Virus record (IMG/VR): IMGVR_UViG_3300035208_002115
Reading direction: 5' to 3' (one strand)
Length of the DNA stretch: 64,000 nucleotides
Origin: a virus
Lineage: Duplodnaviria > Caudoviricetes
Of this stretch, positions 17,921-29,180 are shown piece after piece. Made by a program: the position numbers and the translations under genes. Under the pieces are notes generated by a model. The model had not been told where the DNA came from. It saw only the letters and a list, made by a program, of their open reading frames with translations, and ran no database searches. The first letter of the stretch is position 1. The number at the start of each line of letters is the position of its first letter.

Positions 17921-18745
17921 TTAAAAGTTTTCTTTTGGTGTGTTTGTTCTACTTTTTAATTCAACCTCGTTGGGTTCTCTACTATTCTTTTCCCATATAT
18001 AAGAATTCCAGTATACTCTTTTCCCAGACGGTACATCGCCAATTTGACTTGGTGGTAACTGACCCATACTTTCCCAATTTATTTCGGAATCATTGTCACA
18101 GGTTTCGAAATCATCAGTATCGATAAAGAAATCAGGATAATAAGTATCAACACCAAGAGAAAATTTAACAGATTTTATTTTATCAGTGTCCAATCCATGC
18201 TCTCTCGGAATTGTAATGTCTTTATCATCAGGTAATGTTAGTATAGCTTCTATTTTTATACCGAAATAATCTATGTTAAAAAACATATAATTAAATAATA
18301 CTTTTAATATTTTTTCAGATACTCTCAGAACATCTATTGTATTGGCTACTCGCACTTCTATTTCAAAATTTAATGTAATAGGGATGGCTTTTATTTTTGA
18401 AAATATCTTACGATATTCATCATTTATTTTCAATTCTTTAGATAAAAATTGATTGGGGTTTGCGAACTCATCTGCTTTAGATGATATTGAATTTAATGTT
18501 ATAATACCTCTGGGTATTTGGTCTGTATTTAATTCTACTCTTTTATCTGGTATATCATCTACAAAAGCATCGAATAAAAAACGTTCATCCCCAGCCATAG
18601 AAAGATAAAAAGGTACAATAACTCGCATTTTTTTATCTTCAAATCTATTTATCCATCTTATACCTTTAGATAATGTTTTAGCTAAAGCCACACATACCAT
18701 TCTAAAGAATTGGTCATCAAAATTATACGTATTATCGATTATCAT
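17921..18745 (-). CDS. Tail sheath stabilizer/terminator, T4 gp15-like
   Basis: VPFY, IPRG, IPITLNFEIEV, EKIL pattern; AATATATA upstream. Confidence 0.65.
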   Translation of the reverse strand: MIIDNTYNFDDQFFRMVCVALAKTLSKGIRWINRFEDKKMRVIVPFYLSMAGDERFLFDAFVDDIPDKRVELNTDQIPRGIITLNSISSKADEFANPNQFLSKELKINDEYRKIFSKIKAIPITLNFEIEVRVANTIDVLRVSEKILKVLFNYMFFNIDYFGIKIEAILTLPDDKDITIPREHGLDTDKIKSVKFSLGVDTYYPDFFIDTDDFETCDNDSEINWESMGQLPPSQIGDVPSGKRVYWNSYIWEKNSREPNEVELKSRTNTPKENF

Positions 18746-18813
18746 TATTTAAATTAATTTAATCTTATATATTAAAAGGTAGTCTGTCATTTTTTTTATT
18801 TGAATAAAATATA

Positions 18814-18821
18814 TATTTTTG
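18814..18821 (+). promoter_or_regulatory. Bacteroidota-type -7 promoter TATTTTTG
   Basis: TAnnTTTG 15 nt before ORF 18837. Confidence 0.5.
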
Positions 18822-18836
18822 TTATGATTAAATTAA

Positions 18837-19127
18837 ATGATGATGAGAATAGGTGAAAAGTTAACATACTGGTATAGAAGTGACACAGTTAGTGTGGGTC
18901 AGTGTGTTGATTTGATAATAAATGACAATGTAGTTGAGACTATTACAATCGCTTATATACATTATAATCGAGATAGTGCTGATAAAGTTTGGTTTGGAAA
19001 AGAAAACCCATATACAGGAGAATATATAGGAAAATCAAAATTTACAAGAACATATAGTAAAATATGTGTAACTACAAACAAAGGAATCCTGAGAAGAAAA
19101 ATGATAGAAGCTCTTGAATTAATATAA
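18837..19127 (+). CDS. Hypothetical protein
   Basis: ORF track. Confidence 0.6.
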   Translation: MMMRIGEKLTYWYRSDTVSVGQCVDLIINDNVVETITIAYIHYNRDSADKVWFGKENPYTGEYIGKSKFTRTYSKICVTTNKGILRRKMIEALELI

Positions 19128-19140
19128 ACCAAAATATAAT

Positions 19141-19467
19141 ATGGCAGAAAATGATATTTTTAAAAATAGGGTGGCCTCTAATTTAGACCAAGTAGCCCCA
19201 AGAAAAATTCCTCTGGGTGCTTATATTATAAAAACAGTTGACGAATCGGGGTTTCTTCATAGTAAAAAAGATAAACCAGCTATTGAAATGGCTACTGGTA
19301 CTAAATTCTACTACAATCACGGATGGTTACATAGATTGAACGGTGCAGCTATTATTCACGAGGATGGTAGAGAAGAATATTTTATTGAAGGAAAATTTAT
19401 CCCTTCTAAAGAGGAACACACACGTTATTCCCGTTTACTTAAAATTCAATCACTTGACCTTTTTTAA
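19141..19467 (+). CDS. LHRxxGPA (MORN/YwqK-like) repeat protein with a C-terminal tag variant
   Basis: LHSKKDKPAIE...LHRLNGAAIIHEDG...YFIEG; ends RLLKIQSLDLF. Confidence 0.7.
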   Translation: MAENDIFKNRVASNLDQVAPRKIPLGAYIIKTVDESGFLHSKKDKPAIEMATGTKFYYNHGWLHRLNGAAIIHEDGREEYFIEGKFIPSKEEHTRYSRLLKIQSLDLF

Positions 19468-19474
19468 TAATATT

Positions 19475-20188
19475 ATGGTAAAAGAAAATATAGTTTCGGA
19501 CGTTAACTACAAAGAAATTCCTGAATTTCCATCTTATTATGTGGGTGAGAATGGTAGTGTTATGAGATATCGTAACAATAAATTTAATCCTTTGAAAATT
19601 TCCCACGACATAAAGAATAAGGTCACATATATGTTGATTCAAAACAAAAAAGGTAAATGGCGTTCTATCAGACCGTATATGTTCATTGCTAAAATATTTG
19701 TTAAAAACCCATCCCCGAACATATTCAATTCAGTTGGATATTATGATGGGGATGAAACGAATATATCAGCCAATAATTTATATTGGAAAGCTCGTGCTAA
19801 TCGCAAATTATCTCCAAAAGCAGTTAAATACATAAAATATAGTATCGAGAATAATACCCACACTAATGTCGAATTAGCTTCTATGTTTGGTGTTTCCGAT
19901 ATGCAAATAAGTCGAATAAAGAGTGGGGAAAATTGGGGAAAGGGAAAATTCATTCGAAAGAATAAATTACCATTTGATGTTAATGACGGTAAAATTAGGA
20001 GATTTTTAACTACATTTGATATTCAAAAAAGAGAAAATTATAAAATGAAATTTAAAGTAAAAAAGACCGACACCAAATTACGAATAGTGGGAATCGTAAA
20101 TGGATATCTTTTTTCTTTGAAACATTCTAATATAACCAGAGCAACAAAATTAACCAATAAACTTAATACATATTTTTATGGCAAATAA
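19475..20188 (+). CDS. NUMOD4/HNH-endonuclease-derived protein with HTH; catalytic His residues apparently lost
   Basis: YKEIPEFPSYYV..NG, DGDETNISANNLYW, ELASMFGVS...ISRIK; ATG 19475 preferred. Confidence 0.7.
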   Translation: MVKENIVSDVNYKEIPEFPSYYVGENGSVMRYRNNKFNPLKISHDIKNKVTYMLIQNKKGKWRSIRPYMFIAKIFVKNPSPNIFNSVGYYDGDETNISANNLYWKARANRKLSPKAVKYIKYSIENNTHTNVELASMFGVSDMQISRIKSGENWGKGKFIRKNKLPFDVNDGKIRRFLTTFDIQKRENYKMKFKVKKTDTKLRIVGIVNGYLFSLKHSNITRATKLTNKLNTYFYGK

Positions 20189-22245
20189 AGTTATACGACC
20201 ACTGGCCTTTGTAAAGATAGATATCAATTCTATGCCAAAGACTATCTATGATGATTACTATAAAGAAACTTTAGGTGAATCTCTCTATATCTTTTTGGGT
20301 GAAGTTCCAAATTGTAAAGGTCATTGTATACTGGCTGACCTTAGTACTGGTAAATTTATTGGTATGTATCATACTGATAATTTTAGAGAAGCAACCGAAG
20401 ATGAAGTATAATGTCTGGGATTAATAAAAAATTATTGATGGCCTTAGTAGAACTCGTTGAATGGGTAAAAATGGGTGATTATGACCCATCGTTTATAGAA
20501 GAAGCTGAAAAAGCAATAAAAGAAGCGAGGGAACAAGATAAATATGAAAATAAGGAAAAACAACGACCTAAAGATAATGGATAATATCGATAATATGAAA
20601 CCCGATTTGTTTTCTGAAGGATTAAAAAAGTTCTTCACAAAGGGTTCTATTGTTGAACCAGTTCGTTTAAATAAGAGAATGAAGGAAATAATACTTTTAT
20701 TAATTGAAGAAGATTTAGAAAATTCTATCATATTATACCCAGAAGAAGATTATAGATATAATCGTTTCATGAAAAGTATGGATTGGCTTAAACAACGAGT
20801 AACTGGTATTAAAAATAACAAACAAACTTTCAACATAAAAATAGGAGCAACGCTTTATTATTGGATGTGTAATAAAGATTTTCATTATTTATCTGATGAT
20901 AAAGATTTTGACAAAGCTATGCAATGGATTTTGAATCATATTAATAAAAAGTGGAGTGTTAGTGAATTAGCAAATAAATAAAATATGGAAAAGAAAGAAC
21001 AAAAAATAATAAGAATAAAGGATGATACTACTTTTTTAACAAATTGGCCTGAATCTATTAAAAAAAGGATATTTAAAAAATATTCTATGCAAGGTATGGT
21101 TTATTTAACCAAATTCGGGGAAGGATATACACCGACACATGTTTCGGATATTGTTAAATGGTTGGATAATCTATGTATAACAACCATCTCTGAAAAAAAG
21201 TCCGATAAGATAGCATTTGATTATTTAAATGATAAATATCCTGAATATAAAGGTTTCATTCAATTATTTTAATTATGAAATTAACAGATAAACAAAAAGA
21301 AGCATTATTACTATTAAAGGAAGAAAAATCTTTTTCTTTAGATAGTAGTAAAGTCCATAAGAATACAATGAATGCACTTTACTTTAAAAGTTTAGTGAAA
21401 ACTTCAAGATATGCTAATGGCGAATTCTGGGAAATTACCGATAAGGGGTTGGATGAAGTTGATATCATCAATAATATCATACCACATCATGAAGTGGTAC
21501 TGGATGTGTTCGGTGGTACTAAGATGCAAAAATTCCAAAATGATTTCATGCATTGTGGCGATGTGTTTGAAAAGGGAAAACACCTTGCTGAACATTATCA
21601 GATTGTAGTAACTGGTAATCCTAATTTAGAAAAATTATGCGAAAATTACAAAAACGCATATGAAAAGGCCAGTGGGGGTTATATTTTATTTGTTGCCATC
21701 AAAAGTATAGATGGTAAACGAACTAAAGAACCCAAAGCTTATATTAAAGAGGGTATTCAATCTATTTCTATGGTACAGAATGGTGAATTAGGTTGGTCTT
21801 TATTTAAAGACTTATTAACTCATCTCGGATATGAAGTCAAAACCAACCAATATATGATGGTTGAATCGGTATCTTAAATATTTTAATTATGAAAACATTT
21901 TATATTTTTATATTTTTATTTTTCATATCATGTGTATCATATACCCGTAAAGAAGGTGTACACCAATATACTCCGATAGTTGATAAAAAGTTTATTCCTT
22001 CACATTCCGAAATGGGTATGCATTATGGTTATTCTATAATGAAAGGAAAAACATGCTGGCATTATGGAGAACACACAGTTTCGGACGAATTTTTCATCTA
22101 TTACATGGTTTATAGTGATACAATAGGTTGGGAAGTAAACAAAGATAGATATGATACAACAGAAATTGGTGATTTGTTGACTAAGTATTATACATATCTT
22201 TATCAAGATAGTGTACTGGTAGATTCTTCATTAACAATAGAATAA
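20178..22245 (+). CDS. Plus-strand hypothetical genes (20178, 20544, 20985, 21275, 21889); the last is a possible lipoprotein
   Basis: ORF track; 21889 has a hydrophobic N-terminus ending FISC. Confidence 0.65.
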
Positions 22246-22250
22246 ATATA

Positions 22251-22280
22251 AAAACCCCAGTTAATCACTGGGGGTTTTTT
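22251..22280. terminator. Bidirectional intrinsic terminator
   Basis: aaaaccccag-ttaatca-ctgggggtttttt between convergent genes. Confidence 0.8.
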
Positions 22281-22317
22281 CATCAACTTACTAAAACGTA
22301 ACTTACCAAAAAGTAAT

Positions 22318-22761
22318 CTACTTAATGACTACCTTCGTTGGTTTCTTAACTTTTTCCTCTAATTTCTGAATATCCAACTTCAAGATACCATCTTTAAATT
22401 CAGCTTCTATTTTATCCATATTAGTATCCTTTGGAATCTGGTAAGATTTTTTGAAAGATGATTTCTTGAATTGTCTCATACAATAAACATCTTCTTTTTC
22501 TTCTTTTTCTTCTTTAATGTCGGCTGATATCGAAAGAATATCATTATTAATATCAATCTTGATATCATCCTTATTAAAACCAGCCAAAGTTAGTTCTAAA
22601 ATGTATTTATCTTCCATCTCCTGAATGTTCGTCTTAACAGAAGGTGTGTAATCAAATACCGATTTAAGTGTCGAAAAATCACCCTTTAAATCGAAAAATT
22701 CATTAACTAAATCTAAAAAGGGTGAATCTGTTCTTGGCCTGTAAACTAAATTTTTTAACAT
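22318..22761 (-). CDS. Small heat-shock protein (Hsp20/alpha-crystallin)
   Basis: NIQE...LAGFNKDDIKI...SFKKSYQIP...IEAEFKDGILKL. Confidence 0.93.
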   Translation of the reverse strand: MLKNLVYRPRTDSPFLDLVNEFFDLKGDFSTLKSVFDYTPSVKTNIQEMEDKYILELTLAGFNKDDIKIDINNDILSISADIKEEKEEKEDVYCMRQFKKSSFKKSYQIPKDTNMDKIEAEFKDGILKLDIQKLEEKVKKPTKVVIK

Positions 22762-22810
22762 ATCTTTATATTTTTATTTTTTACACATTATTGTGTTTGG
22801 TAATAATATT

Positions 22811-22883
22811 TACAAATTAAATACCAATAATATTTAAATGAAAAAATGTCATGTATTTAAGTAAATATCATGACATTTTTTCA
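22811..22883 (-). promoter_or_regulatory. Putative hsp20 regulatory region: 15-bp inverted repeat plus a sigma54-like -24/-12 element
   Basis: tgaaaaaatgtcatg-N15-catgacattttttca (22839-22883); on the minus strand TGGTATTTAATTTGTA (GG-N10-GT). Confidence 0.5.
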
Positions 22884-22900
22884 GTGATTTAACTTATATG

Positions 22901-25512
22901 TTAATTATAATCCACGCTGTCTTTATCGGCATACAATGTTAAACAATAATTAATAAATTCATCACCATTTATATCTGGTTTAGTATTAATAAATTTTATT
23001 AAAGCTTTCTGGACATTATATAAAATCGAAAGTTCTAAATTATTCCACCATATACCATAAGAAGAATCGTCAATTGAATGTATTTGAGATTTCATATTAT
23101 ATAACTTCCCATATTCTTTACTCTTATCTCCACCCACTGGACACATAATAATTAAACTAATTGGGTTATATTTCCTATTGTAAAGATGAAGCATAGAATC
23201 TTTATCCACTTGTTTAACCGTCCATAATTCACTTCTATGTATGATTTTACCAGATTTATCTGTGTGGTGAGTTCCCTTAAACCAAGTGTTAAGATATTTA
23301 CCGATATTTTCTTTTGATAAGTCATAAACAAAATATTTATTTGTATCTTCCTCAATACCTTTACAATCTTTTTTATCGTGGGTTTCTCCGTATGTGGGAA
23401 ATTTCCTTGTTTTTGATAAATTAGATAATTGTTCAATAAAGTTATTCATTTTTATAATTTGTTTACATATTTGTTAAAGCTTTTATCCCATATGAAGCCA
23501 CGTTCTTCCATAAACTTTATATATTCCTCAGTTGGTAATTCAAACATAATTTGTAGTTTACTGAACTTTGAGGGTTCGTATGCCGTTGGATTAAGGCCAC
23601 AATTTAAAAATATAGTATCAGGCACTTTAAATGCTTTATTCAATAATTTCTTTTTCTTTCTCCAATAAAGAATAGGTGTGATTACTATAACATCCTCATC
23701 ACTTTTCAATTCAGAAAATATAAAATTATTTGGAGTGATGGGAGCAAATAAGTCGTCCTTTTTAAATTTGAAATCACACACAGGACAATAATAATTTTTA
23801 TCCAAATCACCGCCACAGAATATACACTTAGGGGCATCTGGTATCAGAATATTATCAGAATCATTAATAGAATCTTTCTGGAATTGTTGAGGCATATTAA
23901 TATCCTCATCACCTTTTAGATTTTTATTTTCTTTATCCTTTTCAGCATCATCGGTTTCCCAAGTATATTTCATATTGGCTATTTCATCTTCATCGAAAAA
24001 ATCATTTATTATCTTCTTTGATTTTTCCTCACCAAAATAAGATGTTTCTTTATTTTTTTCCATATAATTTGTTTTTTAATCTTTCATTTAGTACAAGTTC
24101 TTCGGTTCTTATATTTCTACAAACCAAAAATATTTCTTCTTTATATTCGCCATTATACTCATCGATAGGTTTGAAAGTTTCGATAACTTCTTCTTTAGTT
24201 TTATCTCCAGAAACATCTATGACATAAACTTCATTAGAATATTTCAGTGATATTTTAAAAAACGGTTTCCCCTCATTTTTATCGAATCTGCTCGGTTTTC
24301 TATCGTATTCTTTAAGACACCAAACAAACCCCTCATAAGTTAATTCTTTCAATGGATTTTTAATTTTACTTAAATCTTCATTCAAAGAAGATAATCTAAA
24401 TGACGGACATACTTCAAGTTTATTTTCGTTGCATATGTTATTATAATGGTCTTCATATTTAGTGCTGTTTCTACAAGATAGAAATAAGTCAGGTAAATTA
24501 TATTTTATTTTTTTATTTTTAGGTTCTTTAAAAATTTTATAAGTTGGTAAAAATTCTGGTATCGGTAAATTTTTAATATAACCTAAAACGTTTTTATACA
24601 CCCAATTGTAAATATAATACTCAATATCAGACAAACGATAGTATTGACAATCATTAATACCAGCCGAGTATTCTCTACCACAGTCGTCATCATTTAAAAA
24701 GAAATATTCTTTGTAATAATTATTTTCGAATGTATCAAATACACCTTTCTCAAATCCAAATAATTCTTGAAGTTTTTTTGACCTTAAAAATTTATTATGT
24801 TGTATCTCACTATTTTCGCATTTTTCCTTCGGTTTATAAGGTTGTAATGAATATTGTAAATACCATTTATCACGACCTTGCATTTTAGTGTGAATTCCTC
24901 TATGACCTAAAAATCTTTTTTTATCTTTATTCCAATTACCACCAGTATAAACAATTAACTGACCAGACATATCATCATATACACTACATTCATAATAAGG
25001 TATTGATATAGTTGTTAAGGTGTGATTTCTGTCAGATAGAGATAATCTGAAATCATTTCCTTTTATATAATAAAGAGTTATTTCTTTAGTTGCATCATTA
25101 AAGGAAAATTCAAATTCCATATCTGGTATATTGAAATTTCGTATTCGTAATTCATATAATAGTTCACGATAAACACGGGTTCTCATGCATTTATATATAG
25201 TGGGATTATTATCATACTTAAATTTAGCCCTTCTGCCATTTAAGTCGATTAACACACGTTGATTATTTATCGACAAATTATCCAACATAGTATTTAATTA
25301 TTTGCATCGGCAATTGCTAATTTCTTAGCAGCACTAATAGATGTTATACCAATTTCAACTTCAATTTTTTCCATTCGGACTCTTTTATATAATGTCCAAC
25401 CTTTTGGTTCTTTGTTTATTTGGTATAAAGAATATTCATCATATTTATCCAAAACTCTAAATTCATGATATATAGAGGTTTGTGTGGCTTTAATATCTAT
25501 AATTTCTTTCAT
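22901..25512 (-). CDS. Four hypothetical genes (22901, 23452 Zn-ribbon, 24050, 25294)
   Basis: ORF track; TAnnTTTG at 25533-25540 upstream. Confidence 0.7.
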
Positions 25513-25640
25513 AAGATAATTTTATTAATAAGCAAAAATACGCAAAAATATGTTAAAAAAAAATCCCACGCTTTTTATTTCGTGGGATTAAAAATAATCA
25601 TATGACAATATAACTCTGAAGCATTTATTTATATATCTTT

Positions 25641-26441
25641 TTATTCAAATTGTTTTGAAAATTCATCAAAACATTTTCTCGAACAAAAATTATTTACCAT
25701 TATAGTCGATACACCTAACAATTCTTTAATATTAGTGTCTTTCGCTGGTGTGTATAATGAATCACAATTAATACATCTTATATTTTTATCGATATAATAT
25801 GACACAAACCGAGTTGGGTCGATTATATTTTGGTTATTTGAGTTCATTTTTCTCAATATTTTTTAATTCAACATCACATAGAATATCAAGGGCTTTTAAT
25901 AATTCTTTATCATTTTCATTTTCATGTCTTAAACTCATTTGTAAATGAAATATTGCTTTTCTTAAATGTGAGAGTGTCATTCTAATATTTCTTTTATTTT
26001 TTCTTTTCTTAAAAATATTTTATAATCTTCATAATCTAATATAAAAGTGAATTCTCTCATCTCATAGCTGTATTCTTCTATTTCATAAAATGTTAAAACA
26101 AAATCATCATTACTTTTTTGAAAAGATTTCAAAAAACGATAAAGACCATTAGAAACAATATTATTATTATCTAAATAAAGTTGTAATATATGATACGTTT
26201 GTACATAATCATTTGATTTATTTTCCAAATCCAATCTCTGTATCAAATATACAACAAATAAACAACCGACTTTATAATAATTAGCTTTTATAAAAGAACT
26301 TAAATTTTCTTTCTGCTTAGAATCTATAATATCAAATATTTCACCCTTATCATTAGTGAATTCTTCTCCAAAAGTCATTTTAAGCTTATGTATAACATCA
26401 CAATTAAGTGTTTCCAATATTTTTAAATCATCTTTTATCAT
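25641..26441 (-). CDS. Hypothetical genes (25641 Zn-finger; 25977 ends RKEKIKEILE)
   Basis: ORF track. Confidence 0.6.
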
Positions 26442-26508
26442 ATGGTATGGTATAAAAAACTCGCCCCATAAAGAGGCGAGTTCTAAAGAATAAACAAAAA
26501 TATTACAA

Positions 26509-29157
26509 TTACCTACGCCTCATCCTAACCCCTCTTGCTTTCAACACATCCTTAACAACATGAATCTGAAAATCAGTATATTTTTCTGATTTTAGCATGT
26601 TCTTTAGTTTTTCTGTTGATTCTTTTTTCATACGGTTCACAACTCTTTCTGAACGAATTGGTGAACTTAATCGTCTTTCCAGAATTTCATTAATAATGAC
26701 TTTCTGATTATCATTATAATGATTCGATACTGTCATTCGCATTAAATCCTCTGTTGAGTCTTTTTTAAATCTGCGTATCCATCTTTCTGTTATGATACTT
26801 CGTCTTTTAGTAAACATTTTTTTTACTTTTTTGTGAATAATTTTGGTAGTTATCTTTTTTTCTTCAATATGTATAGCTTTTATATTCTGTGAACTTGAAA
26901 AAGTTGTATTTTTTGTGGTATTTTTTTCTTTTTTTCTTTTTACCACTGGTTCACTTTCAAATAAACTACTAACTACATTATTCTCAGTTATATTCTCAAT
27001 AACAACCTCAAACATATCACCAATTTGCTCAACAGTATCTGGAAAAATATCTACAATATTATCTACAACCTCATTTATAACAGGTTTAGTTTCAGATTTT
27101 GTCTCTGGTGTTTTTTCTATTTTTGGTGTATATGTTTTTCCAAAAATTATTTCTTGCCAATGTTCTACGAGCATTATCATCGCAAAAGTGTCGAGTTCAC
27201 AATATTTAAGAAGTGATTGAATAACACTATTTCGTTCAATTTCACTCATTTGAGAGAATTGTATTTTAGCATAAGCTGTCATAGCTGCGCCACCATCCGA
27301 AATTTTTTCAGCACTTACAAAAGTTTCCACAATAGACTGGTCAATATCGACAAAGGTCTCAGGGAGCGTTTTATAAGGGTCATTTACTTCGCCATCTTTA
27401 TAAGTCAACCAAGTATGATTCTTAAAATTTAAAGATTTAATTTCACCAGTGCCATAAATTGGTAAAGTATATTTGGTTTTTAAAAAACTACTCGATTTTA
27501 GTATAGCTGGTAATACATATTTTATTGAATTCGAACCTTCTGTAATTGGATTATAATAATATAATTTTAAAACTTCCCATAAATCTACCATATTTCTTTC
27601 ACCAACCCAATTCTCAATATCCAATCTACCATATTCTACTGATGAAGACTTATAAGTAATATTTTTAATAAAATCAATTATTTCCTCTTTATCTGGTTCT
27701 GAACTTTCAAATAAATTAATCAAAATGTGATTTAAGAAAGTATTCTCATGTGGCGAATAACGGAAAATAGTTCCATTATCAACTTCCAGTTGTTTTTTCA
27801 ATTCTCTGATGAATTCAAAGTTTGGATTGAATCCTATCTTACGATTGATATACTCACCTGCATGTTCAACCCGACCATCTTCATACATAATATGATGAGA
27901 AAATTGAAAAGCTATACCTTCATATGGTCGTAGACCAGCATGAAATGGTATGGCTACCGTAGTGGTTTCAAAATCTATCATATGATATGGGTACTTCCAT
28001 GTCAGCATTTCACCTTTTAACTTTTCATCAAGAACGAATATGTTATTGTCATTAGTTAATGTTTTCACTATCTGGATTAACTGTCTATCTTTTTGTTCGA
28101 TTTTTTCAGTAATTTTATCCATATAATATTGACCATCTTGTATAGTTTCAACGTTTTTGTTGAACTCTGATAGGTCAATTTTTTCCATCAGAATATTACC
28201 TGCATTGATTTGTTTATCTTTGCCACGATAATTCCATATATCCAACACTGTCGGTTTACCATAATTGGTTTGACCAACCAAGGGATTATTTAAAAAACAT
28301 TCTCTTTTACCATTATACCATCCACGTTTTTCCTCGTCTTCTGTGCAACTAAATTGACAATCACCACATTTTTTACCAAGATGTGTAACTAATTTTTCAT
28401 TTTTTTCGAATGACTCCATTAATAATGTTAACCATTCGTCAAAGTTTCTACCTTCGGTATATTCATAATTATCAATTAAATCGACAACCGAATCAACACA
28501 TATCGGAATTAAAATCTGTTCACCAAGAGCTTCTTCACTTACATCACCATTGATTATAACTTTTGTATTACCATTATCATCCTTGGAAAGAATAAATTTT
28601 TGATTGAGATTATCAACAGTTGTGATTTTTGTTTTATCAGCCATCATTAAATAGGACTCGATGGCATAACGTGGGAACAATTTTGATAATATCCAACGTT
28701 GATATGCGACATCGTACATCTGGTCAATCCACTCGGCCTTGATTATACTTGCACCTCTTTTGTTTAGAAATTGGTCAAGCCCCAAATCATTAATATATGA
28801 TTTAGATTTAACTTCTATCAATTTTAGAACATTACCAGTTCTAATAAGGATATCGAATCTGGAAATAAATTTTCCAAATATTAAATTACCTTCAAATAAA
28901 GTTACATTTGTTTTCTTCAAATGTTTCTGAACTTCTTTGAAGTTATCTTCTTCGTTCAATGCCGAATCAAGTTCAATACCTGATGGATAATAGCATTTTG
29001 CTAATTCTCCAACTTGAAAACCACCCTCGGCAATAGCTTTTAGAAAAGGGTCTTCGTTACGATTATCTTTGTAAAGATGATTGTTGGATGCATAGTACAA
29101 CTTGGTACGGCAATCCAATGCATTTTTAAATAGGGATTTACTTAAATATTTTTTCAT
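26509..29157 (-). CDS. DUF2779-domain protein (PD-(D/E)xK-like N-terminus plus RNase H-like domain) with a C-terminal extension
   Basis: LSKSLF..ALDC, DILI..IEVKS, DVAYQ, IDFET, PYE..FQFSHH, SIKYVLP, LLKYCELDT. Confidence 0.85.
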   Translation of the reverse strand: MKKYLSKSLFKNALDCRTKLYYASNNHLYKDNRNEDPFLKAIAEGGFQVGELAKCYYPSGIELDSALNEEDNFKEVQKHLKKTNVTLFEGNLIFGKFISRFDILIRTGNVLKLIEVKSKSYINDLGLDQFLNKRGASIIKAEWIDQMYDVAYQRWILSKLFPRYAIESYLMMADKTKITTVDNLNQKFILSKDDNGNTKVIINGDVSEEALGEQILIPICVDSVVDLIDNYEYTEGRNFDEWLTLLMESFEKNEKLVTHLGKKCGDCQFSCTEDEEKRGWYNGKRECFLNNPLVGQTNYGKPTVLDIWNYRGKDKQINAGNILMEKIDLSEFNKNVETIQDGQYYMDKITEKIEQKDRQLIQIVKTLTNDNNIFVLDEKLKGEMLTWKYPYHMIDFETTTVAIPFHAGLRPYEGIAFQFSHHIMYEDGRVEHAGEYINRKIGFNPNFEFIRELKKQLEVDNGTIFRYSPHENTFLNHILINLFESSEPDKEEIIDFIKNITYKSSSVEYGRLDIENWVGERNMVDLWEVLKLYYYNPITEGSNSIKYVLPAILKSSSFLKTKYTLPIYGTGEIKSLNFKNHTWLTYKDGEVNDPYKTLPETFVDIDQSIVETFVSAEKISDGGAAMTAYAKIQFSQMSEIERNSVIQSLLKYCELDTFAMIMLVEHWQEIIFGKTYTPKIEKTPETKSETKPVINEVVDNIVDIFPDTVEQIGDMFEVVIENITENNVVSSLFESEPVVKRKKEKNTTKNTTFSSSQNIKAIHIEEKKITTKIIHKKVKKMFTKRRSIITERWIRRFKKDSTEDLMRMTVSNHYNDNQKVIINEILERRLSSPIRSERVVNRMKKESTEKLKNMLKSEKYTDFQIHVVKDVLKARGVRMRRR

Positions 29158-29180
29158 GATTAAATAATTAAATGTGATGG

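Noticed and set aside
26509-29157. DUF2779 protein as Cas4 of a CRISPR system
   Set aside because: No array or other cas genes lie nearby, and DUF2779 proteins occur stand-alone.
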